Assembly (NCBI GenBank): GCA_964016885.1 | Contig: OZ024758.1 | Coordinates: 18,786,001 to 18,850,000, forward strand | Source: Eledone cirrhosa | Taxonomy: Eukaryota | Reading direction: 5' to 3' | Length of the DNA stretch: 64,000 bases | In this document: piece after piece, positions 46,656 through 61,137 of the stretch | How positions within the stretch are numbered: position 1 is the stretch's first letter | Layout of the letters: each line of letters opens with the position of its first letter | Program-made: the position numbers and the translations under genes | Notes under the pieces: generated by a model | The model's database searches: none | Seen by the model: the letters and a program-made list of their open reading frames with translations, nothing else | What the model was told of the DNA's origin: nothing

Positions 46656-47239
46656 TAAAAGTAATTCAAAATTATAAATGAATGAATGTTTTTTTTTATT
46701 ATTTAGTCTTGTTTTACACTTATATTTACTAGAATCCTAACATATCAATTAAAATAGATAGCTTTATCTAGTTGTTTGTGCAAAATATTACATGTCAATA
46801 ATTTGCTGTAGTTTACTGACTATAGCGCATCAATGAATTTCTCTAGCTAATTTGATCATGTTGCTGATACGTGAAATGATGAGAAAAGATAGAGCAGCAT
46901 TGAACAAACTGAAGGATCGTCATGAATTGATGACCGATAAAATTTGCCGCCGACATTTGCGCAGCTTGTTTACTATAAATCCTCGAAAGCAGCTTCCGAA
47001 TAGAGGATCAGTTGTTGATTAGAGTAATTACTGCGATAGCTGATAGCAGAGCAGCGCTGATCGGAAAGACAGGAGAGAGTAGCGGGAAAATATCAATAGC
47101 GAAAGCAAATGATAAATGACCATTGAACACCAACGTGTGATGTTAGAAATATGTTGCCATCGTTAATTCGAGTGTTATCTTTTATTGTTATTTCCCTTCT
47201 GTGAATAACGCCATGTTTATGTGTGTGTGTGTGTATGTA

Positions 47240-47313
<74 letters not shown>

Positions 47314-47322
47314 AAGCAGGCG

Positions 47323-47359
<37 letters not shown>

Positions 47360-47375
47360 AAGCAGGCGTTATATA

Positions 47376-47512
<137 letters not shown>

Positions 47513-47529
47513 GTATATATATGCCTGCT

Positions 47530-47570
<41 letters not shown>

Positions 47571-47743
47571 GTGAGAGTGAGAGTGAAATATAGATGTATG
47601 TATACTATTTTATGTACATATAATACTATTAGTTCAATTCAATAATTTTTATCATTATACAACAATAATTATCCTCACAATTGAATATTATTATTTTCTG
47701 TATTCTGATGTTATTGTCTAAAATCATTATTATTGTGTTTATT

Positions 47744-48153
47744 AGGGCCGTAGATTGGTAGTATCGGTAAAGAGTCGGACGCCATGCTTTCCAGCATAGT
47801 TACGTCCCTTTACGATCTGAGTTCAAATCCTGCCGAGGTTGACTTAGCCTTTCATCCTTACGAGGTCGATAAAATAAAGTACCAGTAATGCACTGGGTAA
47901 TTGCTGGCCTTGTGCCTAAAGTAGAAACAATTATTATTGTGTTTATTATTACTACTTATTAGGGCGGCGAATTGCCAGTACCGGAAGAGAGTCGGACACG
48001 ATGCTTTCTAGCATAGTTACGTCCCTTTACGGTCTGAGTTCAAATTTCGTCGAGGTTAACTTTGCCTTTCATCCTTACAGGGCCGATAAAATAAAGTACC
48101 ATTAATTGACTGGGTAATTGCTGGCCTTGTTCCAAAAGTAGAAACAATTATTA
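47744..48153 (+). mobile_element. Two tandem full-length tRNA-derived SINEs
   Basis: 47744-47938 and 47961-48153; A-box-like tggtagtatcggt, B-box gagttcaaatcc, (ATT)n tails. Confidence 0.88.
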
Positions 48154-49586
48154 CTACTTATTAGCAGTAGAATTTCTTACATTTACTCGTTTTGTTTTTC
48201 GTCTTTGTATTTCCTTATTAACACGCGCAGACCCATGGCCAATAAAAAAAAAAAAAATTAGTCGTAATGTTTTTATTGATGTAAACCCTTTGTTGTTAAT
48301 AAAGAAATAATTATTGTAATTGTTATTTAGTGTTTTCGTTTATCTACACGTATGGCACATCGCTCCAGTAAGTTTGTTTATATTTCTATTGTTACCCTAT
48401 GCTATTTATATGAAGTAATATTTGGTCATATGCTTTTATTTGGTTATACATTGTTGGTGTGTGCGTGTGCTTTATTTTCACGTTTGATATAAAGTGTAAT
48501 GACTACTATATGCTAATTACATGTTATAGATTGGCTTATTTTTCATAATCGTATATACATAAATTTAAATGAAATTCGTCTACTACATATTTACACCATG
48601 TAGAATTCATTAATCCCCTTTAAGTAATCTCTAGACACAGAGTCATTATATTTCTGTCTGGAGGTGCCATACATACAATATATATATTTGTCCATCAGTG
48701 ATATACAAGTCACATTTAATAATCACTCATGATATTTCAGGCAATATTCTGCAGATTATTATACGTTCAGTGGATATCCTATACCTTTAACGCCTGTTTA
48801 AAGTTGACATATTGGTCAGTCCCTCAAATTAACATTATTCGAAGTAATAATATGTCTTCGGTTTGGAATACATTCGGCGGAGATGTATGCATTATATTCC
48901 ATTCATCTATCAGGAGGTGATTGTGGCTGGAGTAGTGAATACTGTATGGTCAGATGGTTTAATCAACGTATGTCGTCATTTTATTACTAGGATACGATTT
49001 TGATTATTAAATTACTGTGACATATATCTATATATATGCAATATATAATTACATCTTCAATACCGATGGCTATCCTATACATAAAGTGAAAAATAATTAG
49101 AATACTTAACTTGTGGTTAAAACGTATGACTTCTATCATTGGGTCCTTACATGTAAACACGTTTTAATGATAAAACATCGTAGACGCTGCTAATCAAATG
49201 CCGTTTTTGGTTGAGATGTTTGTGTTAACACGCTAAATTAAGTTACCATGTATTACAACACACTCAATAGAACATACCATTCAAATCTAAATAGACGATA
49301 GATATTTATTCACTGCCGAAATGCTTTCGGTAATTCCAAGAAATTAATTGAGGTATCTAATGCAATCTAAATCAATTGAAAAAGTGAATTTACGTGAATA
49401 GGTGAAACATAACAATTCGAATAGTTTACGGGTATGTATCCGGCAATTGTTTGCAATAACTAAATCATTTTATATTATTCATCAAGCAATCGACCTATCC
49501 TACACACACACTCACCCACACACATACACATACGCACACGCACACATCTGAACCACACCCATACACCCACCCCCACACACACCCAT

Positions 49587-49615
<29 letters not shown>

Positions 49616-49619
<4 letters not shown>

Positions 49620-49653
49620 GCACATCCTTCAAGCTGAAACTGCTTCTATAATG

Positions 49654-49711
<58 letters not shown>

Positions 49712-49752
49712 CATTATTATCGAAGCGGTTTCAGCTTGAAGGACGTGCTATA
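49616..49752. repeat. Inverted repeat (~43-bp arms) centred on (TA)n
   Basis: atagcacatccttcaagctgaaactgcttc..atgaataa versus ttattcat..gaagcggtttcagcttgaaggacgtgctat. Confidence 0.8.
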
Positions 49753-50310
49753 TTTAAAGTAAATTTTAAAGGGATAAGACGGAAACGTTTTGCCCTACGA
49801 ATTCCCCATACTCAGAGGAAGTGATTTTTTAAGTCCCGAAATATTAGGACATAAAGAAGGATACAAATAATAATAAATAACACCTAATATAAACGTGGTT
49901 CGTCCCTTTATTTTACAACCTGTATGTCAATGACTTAGCTATGTGTTTGTCTGTGTGTGTGTCACACTTCTGTCTATTAGATTCCACAATTTTTCATAAA
50001 TTATAGATAAATTATACATAGTAATAGACCTCCCCGCAGAACTGAGCACATGGTCTTGAAGCTAGTTCCTTATCCACACAACAAGGCTTGTGCCTATGTC
50101 TAGTTTATAATTGCTTTCGGTAGAATAACCCATTTCAATATGCTGTATCGATTTCATTTTCTATGGATTCACTATAAAAAAGAGTTTGCCCTAGTATCAA
50201 CTCGCAATATTTTGTATACTAAGAAGTCCGTGAAGCTATTTGCATTTACACTCACGCACCCTCATCAAACATAAACGATGACATACACATGCTTGTCCAC
50301 GTATCTATCT

Positions 50311-51026
50311 GGCACACTGAGTGTGCCCAGGCGCTCACCACCCTCTGGCAGGCGGATCCGGTTATCAGTGGAGACTCCACCGCAACATTCTATAGAGGGC
50401 TGGTACGCAGCAGGTGCGACGACGCCCTCGGAGAAGCCCTAGACATGGAGGAGGACGAACTGGCCAGCCTGTTCGGTAGGACATTCAGCCCGGGACCTAT
50501 GGACAACTTCCAGAAGTCCCTGGCCTGGCAGTGCTACCGAGGGGCTTTACCCGTTCGAGAAAGGCTCTACAGACACGGGCGCCCGGGTAGGGACCCCGCC
50601 AAAAAGATCTGTCCCAGATGCGTGTGCGACGAGGAAACCGTTGCACACGCATTAGTACACTGCTCGGGCGTAGCCGATCTGTGGGGCTATGTCGAACAAC
50701 TGCTGTCAAGGGTGGGACCGATCCGGTTGACCACCGAGTCTATTGTAATGATCAAGCCGCCTCCCCCCTTCAAAGATGAAGCAGAGGCGGTGTTTCTGTG
50801 CGTAATAGCCATGGCGAAAGAGGTTGTATGGTGGACGCGTCTGAAAGGACTGAGGTCGGGCACCTTTCTCTCTGGCCAACAACTGGTCCGTTTCTTCCGA
50901 TATCATTTCGGAAGAAGGATCAGGATGGAGAGAGAGGTGCTGCACCCCAGCCGTTTCTATGAAAGATGGGTGAAAGTGGCGAGAATGGCCCGTGTGAATG
51001 GGCCTTCACTCTACATCAGACTATAG
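50311..51026 (+). pseudogene. LINE ORF2 C-terminal fragment with CCHC zinc-binding (zf-RVT-like) motif
   Basis: AWQCYRGALPVRERL..CPRCVCDEETVAHALVHC..LW matches the CxxC..ETxxHxxxxC motif found after the RT domain in L1/Tx1 elements. The ATG at 50289 lies in flanking DNA. Confidence 0.8.
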
Positions 51027-51290
51027 GTGAGGAAGATGAAAGACCAAGGGAGCACCCCTTCTCTGTGCTCCTGAGGAGAAGGGTTGCACACTTTTTTCGG
51101 GGGTGTGTGCGACCCCCCAAGGCGCCTCCTCTCTATTGAGGATTTTGTTAAAAATTTTATTTTTTGTTATATCTTATTTTATTTTTATATTTTGTTATTG
51201 CCTCCTCCTTATTGAGGACGCCTTTTTGTGTAAACTCCCCCCTTTGTACTTGTCCCACTTTTGATGCCCTAGTGGCAAATAAAAGAAATA
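50311..51290 (+). mobile_element. 5'-truncated L1/Tx1-clade LINE (ORF2 C-terminus plus 3' UTR)
   Basis: GC-rich island; open frame to the stop at 51026; T-rich 3' UTR ending aataaaagaaa; candidate TSD tatctatct at 50302-50310 and 51291-51299. Confidence 0.85.
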
Positions 51291-51410
51291 TATCTATCTA
51301 TTATATATATATATACATATATTTACGTCTGTATATGTGTATTATTATATACGTATGTCCAAGTATGTATGTATGTATATATATAAATAAATATATATAT
51401 ATATATACAC

Positions 51411-51441
<31 letters not shown>

Positions 51442-51498
51442 CATATATATACATATATATATACATATATATATACACATATATATATACATATATAT

Positions 51499-51547
<49 letters not shown>

Positions 51548-52196
51548 TATACACATATATGCATATATATACATATATATATATATGTGTGTGTGTGTGT
51601 ATTGTGTGTGTATCGAGTCATACTATGTAAAAAAATGTCATAATAGAAAACAATGGAACACAATCAAAAGATGTTTATTTTTATTTATTGTGATGAGGTA
51701 TCTTTGTGATGCTTGAAATCCGTTTTCGTTTATCTGTAATTGAATTGTAAATGTTTACGTTATTCACATCGAAAGATAACACTACATTGAAGATTACGAT
51801 GAAAAGATATCGGTAAATACTGAAGCGATATGAAAATTGGATTAGTATCATTGTACCAGAACAGATATACATTGTTTATTTAACTTAAGTATTTGTCCAT
51901 TTTATTTTTTTTCTGATTATTACCTTGTTCCAATATCGAAATAGATTACATGAGTCTAAATTGTTTCTATTATACAACATGGATTACTGGGAATTGGTTA
52001 GTAAATTATAATAATTTATGCCAGTATAAAAAATAGGTTATGATACGGAAATTGCAAACTTATTAAAGAGATATACTGAGAATCGTACAATATTTCAATC
52101 AGCTAACATACGTTCATTCATGTGCTATCAAACAATTGTAGAAATATTTCAAAATGTACACAACCAGATATAGACATGCACACACACACACACACG

Positions 52197-52245
<49 letters not shown>

Positions 52246-52304
52246 ACACATACACTCACACAAACACAAGCACACACACATATACAGACATATATATATA
52301 TATA

Positions 52305-52398
52305 TAGGAGAAGAGTCAGGACACCTGACTCTTATCCTATTACACATAGTACTCTGGTGCCTCATGGTCGACCTGGTTCCTTACCTCACTTTATTCGT
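52305..52398 (+). mobile_element. Family A element, short diverged copy
   Basis: Hairpin taggagaagagtcagg(aca)cctgactcttatccta followed by agtactctggtgc..tggtcgacctggttccttac. Confidence 0.6.
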
Positions 52399-52405
52399 TA
52401 TACAC

Positions 52406-52526
<121 letters not shown>

Positions 52527-52724
52527 TTGCAGTTGGCACTCTTATGGACAGACTGTATCGAGATTTCGGGATTATTGTATGATATACAAATACAATTCAG
52601 TCAGGGACAGCCGTATCCATACAGACGCACGTCCAATAGCCTCTTAAACTAATTCAAACACACACACACGCAGAGACATATATGTATTTATAAAGTGAGA
52701 TCCAGAAATAGAGAGATGTGTATA

Positions 52725-52770
<46 letters not shown>

Positions 52771-53501
52771 ACACACCTACAAGATAGAGAGATAGATAAA
52801 TAGAAGTTAATATGTAGAAAGTGAGAGAGGCGTAGATCGTTAGATAAATACAGATAAACGTGTGGATTGTGTATCTCCATTTCCCGTTTAACCACTTACG
52901 AGTGAGAACGAGAGGCGTCCTCTGCGATAATACTGGCACCGCTTTTAACAAATCCTCTTTATCTTTCACGTCCATATTTCTTATTCATCTAACCTCATAA
53001 CGTTCTATTTCTGCTCGTGTATTTACACACTTTGAAGTTGTCAAACCTTTTCAGTGTAAAATCGCCTGCATGCCAAACAGTGACTCATTCGATTGCCTGG
53101 AGGTCTTCTACAAAAAAAAAAAACATAAGGAAATATAGATATGCATCTTGAAATGGAAATTTTCGTGTATAAACACGTTTGTCATGGGTAATATTAATTA
53201 TTACACTGCATACATGGAGAATTGCACAATTCTCTTAAAGGAATTTTATGTTATATTAATCGATACTTGGAGCCAGTCATGTAATGTAAACAACCATTTC
53301 GTAGAGAAACATTCTGTTGAATTCACAAGTCAGATCTCTTCAGATATGATATATATTTGTTTCTCTATTTTTCAAGAGATATACATTTATAACTCTTCTT
53401 TGTAATATTTTCTTTCCGTTAACCTTTCCATACACACGACACACACGTCTTAGAGTTATAGCTTACAACATTGAATCAAAACAACACGCGATGACTTAGA
53501 C

Positions 53502-53791
53502 CAGGCATGCGGGTGCATTATGTATGGCTCATCATCAGACAGGCCACAAGCGCTAATTTACATTCGTGGTCATATTAACAGATACAATGGCAGTAACACA
53601 GGTTGTTTCGATTGGTTTCTTCAGACTTAGTACACGTTGTTTTCCTAGATCGTAAACATGATAGAAAGATTAATTACGACTAAAAAGATGGGGTAAACAT
53701 ATCAGAAAGATTTCACAGGTGATTTAGGCGTGGCATTCAGAAAGCATCGCGGGCTGCATGGACCCCGCGGGCGACAGCTTGCTCGTGACTG
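53502..53791. mobile_element. Decayed hAT-like non-autonomous DNA transposon
   Basis: caggcatg left end; right end cgcgggctgcatggaccccgcgggcgacagcttgctcgtgactg resembles the GGCCCGCGGGCC subterminal motif of hAT MITEs. Confidence 0.4.
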
Positions 53792-54052
53792 ATTTACAGG
53801 AGCAGCACCTTACACGTTGGTTGGGTGAGAGAAAGTGATGCATACCGCAATCTCGAACAGACACGCATGCATATAACTGTATCCGACTATTTTGACTCAA
53901 TTATGAATCTGCATTGAATTCCAATGCAGATTACTTTTCCGACAGACCTATAACTTATCGTAGATTATGCATATATGATTTAATTGTTATTCGTACTTGT
54001 TTAATTTATATTGAGAAAAATAGTCATTTACGGCATCTTTGTAATCACCAAT

Positions 54053-54132
<80 letters not shown>

Positions 54133-54208
54133 GTATATGTATATATATATTTTATGTATATATATATATTTATGTATATGTATATATATATTTATGTATA
54201 TGTACTTG

Positions 54209-54253
<45 letters not shown>

Positions 54254-54254
54254 G

Positions 54255-54355
<101 letters not shown>

Positions 54356-54360
54356 ATATA

Positions 54361-54553
54361 TAGGAACGAGTAGGACACCAACGGCTGAACTCAAGCCATT
54401 TGAACGGCTAATTCTGGGTACAGAATTAGCCGTCGAGACGGCTTGAGCTCAGCCGTCGGGGTCCTACTCGTTCCTATTACCCACTCTACTATCCTAAGTA
54501 TTGAGTATTTGGGTGCGTTATGGTCCACCTGGTTCCTTACCACATTTCCTTCG
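54361..54553 (+). mobile_element. Family A palindromic element
   Basis: Homologous to 33113-33351 with the same fold-back and tail; TA flanks. Confidence 0.8.
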
Positions 54554-54566
54554 TTATATATATATA

Positions 54567-54680
54567 GGCGTGTGGCTGAATGGTTAGAGAATTGGATTCA
54601 CAATCTTGAGGTTGTGAGTTCGATTCCTGGACCGGGCGATGCGTTGTGTCCTTGAGCAAGACACTTTATTTCACGTTGCT
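54567..54680 (+). mobile_element. tRNA-headed CORE-type SINE 5' part
   Basis: A-box gtggctgaatggtt, B-box gagttcgattcc, then tgtgtccttgagcaagacacttta (CORE-like). Confidence 0.7.
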
Positions 54681-54998
54681 TCTTCTACCTGGACTTGCGA
54701 CCGATAGATAGTACTAGCAACTGGAAAGACCAATGGAAACATTGTTTCCTCGGTCCGATTTGACGAAAGTCGATCGATCCTTTATATATATATATATATG
54801 TATATATATATGTATGTATATGCATATGTATATATATATATATTTATGTATGTATATGCATATGTATATATATATATATATATATGTATGTATATGCATA
54901 TAATATATATATGTATGTATGTATATGGACATGTATATATATATATATATGTGTATGTAAATGCATATGGGATATATATATATATATATGTGTATATG

Positions 54999-55029
<31 letters not shown>

Positions 55030-55046
55030 GTATATGCATATGTGTG

Positions 55047-55082
<36 letters not shown>

Positions 55083-55100
55083 TATATGTATATGCATATG

Positions 55101-55131
<31 letters not shown>

Positions 55132-55146
55132 ATGCATATGTGTATA

Positions 55147-55192
<46 letters not shown>

Positions 55193-55198
55193 AATCTA

Positions 55199-55231
<33 letters not shown>

Positions 55232-55278
55232 GTAAATATATGTGTATGTATATATGTATGGGTGAATGTGTATGTATA

Positions 55279-55525
55279 TGACGGGGACATAGAAATAGTC
55301 GGACTGGCCACCCGATTACGCGCTTAAAACACTGGGAGTGAAGGAGCCCGAGACTTAATCAGGGAATTCTTCTAGGAGAAGGTAACTCAGAAAATTTCGA
55401 TAACTCCGATATAAAACCTGCGGCTCAGTAGTTACCGATGATGTTGATCTATTCTTCTTTTCGGGTTATAGCTACTGTCGCTCAGAGAGTGGTATCGGAG
55501 CAGTGCACAGTCTTTCCTCACTTTA
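55279..55525 (+). mobile_element. Second diverged copy of the RTE 5'-like repeat
   Basis: Colinear motifs with 11760-11895. Confidence 0.5.
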
Positions 55526-55687
55526 AAAATATATTGACGCACAGGCATTGCACGGTAGAATGAATTAATAATTATTGATAATGGTATATCCTGCAATGGC
55601 CATACTCGACTACGAGTGGGCAGCCATCATATATGCATGTATATACATGTGTATCTCTCCCCTCTCACTCTCTCACTCTCTCTCTCT

Positions 55688-55863
<176 letters not shown>

Positions 55864-55877
55864 TTTATATATATATT

Positions 55878-55969
<92 letters not shown>

Positions 55970-56028
55970 TTTATATATATATATATATATATTATATACA
56001 TATTATATATATATATATATATACATAT

Positions 56029-56060
<32 letters not shown>

Positions 56061-56095
56061 ATAATATATTTATATATATATATATATAAATTATA

Positions 56096-56137
<42 letters not shown>

Positions 56138-56398
56138 CAAGGCAAAGTTTATAATTCATTAGTTTATCTTAATACGATGTTAATAATTCCCTTAGGATAT
56201 TGTGCAATACACAAATACTCGACTGAGCAAATATTAGTTTATTTTCTCAGGAAATTGGATTTAATTGTAGACTATTTGTATAAATAGTGTATATATATAT
56301 AAGTATATATGGATACGAATAAATGCTGATTATTATGCTGATTTTATCTGCCTACCTATATATATATATATATGTATATGTATATATATATGTATATG

Positions 56399-56429
<31 letters not shown>

Positions 56430-56466
56430 GTATATATATATATGCATACATATATATGTATGTATA

Positions 56467-56506
<40 letters not shown>

Positions 56507-56538
56507 TATATGTATATATATATATATGAATATATATA

Positions 56539-56573
<35 letters not shown>

Positions 56574-56598
56574 ATATATATATATATGAATATATATA

Positions 56599-56647
<49 letters not shown>

Positions 56648-56708
56648 GTGTATATATATATATGTGTATATATATGTATATATGTATATATATATATGTA
56701 TATATATG

Positions 56709-56880
<172 letters not shown>

Positions 56881-57678
56881 AGGATTAACTATTACACCTT
56901 GTTAATATATATAATATTACACACTTTACGCCATTTACTTTATTTTATTATTATATCTATTTTTATTCTTATCATTAATCTTATTTTTAATTTTATTTTT
57001 AGTTTTATTCAGATTCATCTTTGGATAACACCCCCCACCCCCTCCCCTCCCCTCTCCCCCCATGCGCACATAAACTTATTGTCAACCCTTCCAAATTGAC
57101 TATGATTATATTTAATCCCCCCCCTCTTTTACGCTCCGTTCTATTATTTATTATAGTATATCGACTATATTTTATGCCCCTTTGCACCCTCCATATATTT
57201 CTTCAATTCTGTTCCCTATTAGCCTACCTTAATTCTACTTAAGTCAGTTTTTTAGATATCGTTATGTATATGATAGTTAAAAATTTCATTCCTTTTTGTA
57301 AACATTTGTAACGAAACATTAAAGTTTATAAACTTTAATGACTTAAACTACAGCTAATATTATACTACATTATTGGATAGTTTTAATATTTTTAATATTA
57401 ATTTATCAAATAGGGTTTTGAGTCATTTACAGTGATTGTTTTCCTTAGTTTTTACCTAACTACTTAACCGCATGTGAGACCTAAATGTGTATATATTTGT
57501 TTTTGTTTTGTAATTTCCGGTTGATTATATTTATTTGTTTCATTCTATATTTTATATTCTATTTACTATTCACTGTCTGGCTTTTGCTTACACATCCACA
57601 TATGTCTGTCTAATAACTATAAGTATTTATATATTATTTTATGTCATTTTATTTTATATAATATATTATATTATATTA

Positions 57679-57844
57679 TATTACTTACTGTTCATTATAT
57701 GTAACATTATGATATTTAAACTTTATATATCATGTAAGATGTCTGTATTTTTGTAATATTGTAATGTTGATCCTTATTACTTACTGTTCATTATATGTAA
57801 CATTATGATATTTAGACTTTACATATCATGTAAGATGTCTGTAT
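57679..57844 (+). repeat. 70-bp direct repeat, 96-bp period
   Basis: tattacttactgttcattatatgtaacattatgatattt..catgtaagatgtctgtat occurs twice. Confidence 0.85.
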
Positions 57845-58662
57845 ATTTTTTCTGTACAATCATAATTTTTTCTGTACCATCATAGTGTTTTTTGAGTATT
57901 GTATAATTTATTTTTCCTCATTTACTCTGTAACCCAGTATTAATCGATTTGTATATATTGTTTATTGTAAATGTTAGTACATTGTTAACATATTATCATT
58001 ATACTATTATTGTGACATCTATATTGTTTGAGTAAATTAATCGGGGATTATCTATTATATTATATTATATTGAATTAAATAATTTTATTGTTTATTATTT
58101 ATTATATGTGTCTCTTGTAATTATATCATATTATTACCTCATGTATATTGGGTAGATGTATTGGTATTTTTATTATTTTAAATGTAGAAACAATTATTCA
58201 TATACATCGACTGTGTTTAGATTTGGTGTTCTCCGTTAGTTATTTCTACAATACTATTGCTTTGAACATCTTCTTAGGGTATTCGAACTTTATACTATTT
58301 ATCCAACAACTGTAACATGACACGTTAGTTTTATTAGTCAAGTAGATATTTGTTTCAGCAGGTTAAGTGTATTGTTTTCACCTGTGACTTGTTCATTTAT
58401 TGTGGTCTTGTAGGCCTCGAAATTATTTACATGTTCCATCCCTATTAATCGCTTTTATCGGGCTCCATACCCAAAGAGTCTTTTTCTATATTCTGCTAGA
58501 TTTGTTTATGGTTTTTGCTGTTGAAATGTGCCACGTACAAGAGCACACGTGTTTCATATTGTTTTTCCGTCATCTTTTATGTATTCCTTTGTTATTTCTC
58601 TTACACACACGCACATGCACCCACTCACACACACACACACACACACACGCACACACACACAC

Positions 58663-58770
<108 letters not shown>

Positions 58771-60669
58771 TGACACAAACAAAAAAAGACTGCACAGGCT
58801 GACACATCATACAGACAAGCACAGGCACAAAACATTTATATATATATATGTGTGTGTGTGTGCGTCTGCCACTCAGTGAGTTAATTTATGTCGCTTTATC
58901 GGAGGGTTATTCATGACTGAAGACACACATGGCTGAAATATATTCCACTCACCTCCATCTTATATTGCTTATGTTTTCTCTGACTTCCTTATATTTCATA
59001 TAACTATATTGTTTGATTTGCCATATATTTGGGTGTTATTTCTAGAAGACCTAGCGGCCTTATATATGGTCCGATTGGTTCCTGATGGTACCATTAATCT
59101 CATATATCAGCCTTTACTAATGTGTCTCACACTCTGCCGACCTTCATAGAAATGGTACGACTGTAAATATCTAAGTGTCTGTGATTGTATACACATGGGA
59201 ATTAAACTTTTATAATCAAAATGAGGTAATATTTGTGATTCATGTGTGTGTGTATTTGTGTTTCTTTGTGAGTGTGTATGTGTGTTTATATGTGCTTGCG
59301 TGTTTGCGTGTTATAATTGTTTCACAAAAGAATTTCATATAATGACAGACGTTCATCGATTGGTTGCTATCAAATATTGAAAGATTTCGATTAAAGTTTG
59401 AATTGCTTTTCTTTTAAGTGAATAACTCAGAAGCATGCATATATTGGCTCGCTTATGATTTCTAGCTATACAATCAATTGATTAGCTTGTCCCAGTGGGG
59501 TACTTCTTTCGTTTATATTATTATTTATGAATGCATTTTTTAAATTTTGTTTTGTATTTTTGTTTCTTAACAGTCAAAGCGGAAACATATTTGTATGACT
59601 CGATTGAGTTTCGAATCTTAATTCTCGTTAATTCCTCTGGGTTTAAAAAAATTACAATAGCAAAATCCATTCACTATTTTTAAAAACGTTTATAAAGAAT
59701 ATGCCATGTTTTGTTGGTTCTCAAAATTAATTTCCTTGATTATAATTAATAATGAAACAAGTTTTTTGTCAGAAAGTTGGGGGGATATTGTATTTTTTTT
59801 GTTTGTCATTGACACACGTGACAACAAGAATTATGGATTTCGTTAAAAATAAACACACAAAAACGTTTAGTAAAATCAATACTTACAAATATATACCTTG
59901 TTTAATTTCATGTACAAAAGAGTTACTATAGAAATGTTATCATTGACAACTTCGGAAAGAAATACTAAATATGAAATTAGATGGAAGAGATACACATTTA
60001 GACAGTTAATGGAGTCATCACACTTTGGAAAGTGTCAAGTCATATTTTAGATTGATTGATAATGCGCCTACATTAATTGGAAACACTGTCGTAGCGACGC
60101 CTTTAAAATATATATGCCAGTGAAATATTGGAACAAATTATATCGACTGTAATACCATTACAAGCAGGGCGAGTCTGGCAATAAACCTAAACTATAGAAT
60201 GATCAAAACATTGTCTAAATTTAAACAGAAAGTCCAAATAATTTAGCTTACGCTCGCGGGGACTTTTAACATTTCTGAGAATAAAAATGTGCTCACAGGA
60301 CAAGCTCTTGTGTACTTCACGAACAGCACAAATGGATGGTGGGAATGCGATAAATTCCTGAGTACATAGACATATTTTATATGGATCCCAATAAGAACCG
60401 ACAGAAATACATGCTTTTGGTGTATAAGGTTAAACCACAAATTGTGCTTTGTAGCATGGAACCGCTTTTTGATTATTCTCCCATATTTCAATATAATTGC
60501 CTCGCCTATTATGTGTATTATAGGTTTTGGTGTTGTACACTATTATTACATATTTTTCAATGTATCATTACCTAATGCATGATTTGATGTTGCTGCTGGA
60601 GATGACTTTGCTGTGGCCTCCTCAAGCAAAGAGTATTCAAATGATACGGTCATATGAAATTATCAACTT

Positions 60670-60878
60670 GTGGTGTGTGTAGGTTATGCCTGGAAGGAAG
60701 TTTAGCTGGTAAAAGAAACAAAGGCCGGCACCCAAAACGATCGCTTGATAATGTCAAAATGGATTGTACTTGATCTTTGCTCTTTAAACCCCGCTGTTGG
60801 CGATCGAAATTTGTGGCGAAAAATAACTTATGTTGATGCGCAGTCTGCAAGGGGCGAAGTTTAGCATCAAAGAAGAAG
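60670..60878 (+). mobile_element. RTE-clade LINE 3' end, decayed
   Basis: LEGSLAGKRNKGRHPKRSLDNVKMD..DRNLWRKIT followed by an (AAG)n tail. Confidence 0.65.
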
Positions 60879-61137
60879 GGAACCTGTTGTTCATGGCAGT
60901 GGTCCGTTAATTTTGTTATTTTTAGTAAAGTACCAGTCTAGTACAGGGGTTGATTATTCCTCTCTCTGAAAGAAATCTGTTGTACTCAATCTGTTGGGGA
61001 GCGATGGGACGCGCCAGGCTTTAAATGCGCAAGAAACACTGTATATCAATACACCGCCGCTCCGTTTCTATCAGGAGTTACGGCACCATACATTATATGT
61101 TTTGGTATGATTCATATTATACTTTATTGTTATCATA

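Noticed and set aside
47311-47372. acaaagcaggcgt repeated between TA runs (superficially CRISPR-like)
   Set aside because: Only two direct copies and the spacers are pure (TA)n; a slippage duplication in eukaryotic DNA.
50497-50945. Minus-strand ORFs of 70 and 79 aa
   Set aside because: Antisense shadows of the LINE ORF2 fragment.
53595-53630. Minus-strand CUGAAGA..GAAAC
   Set aside because: No stem II and no UH or stem I; a chance match.
54567-54640. tRNA-like sequence
   Set aside because: No closed acceptor stem, and it continues into a CORE-like domain, so it is a SINE head.
58910-58960. ctgaaga..gaaatatattc hammerhead-like motif
   Set aside because: Neither stem II nor a core-proximal stem I pairs convincingly.
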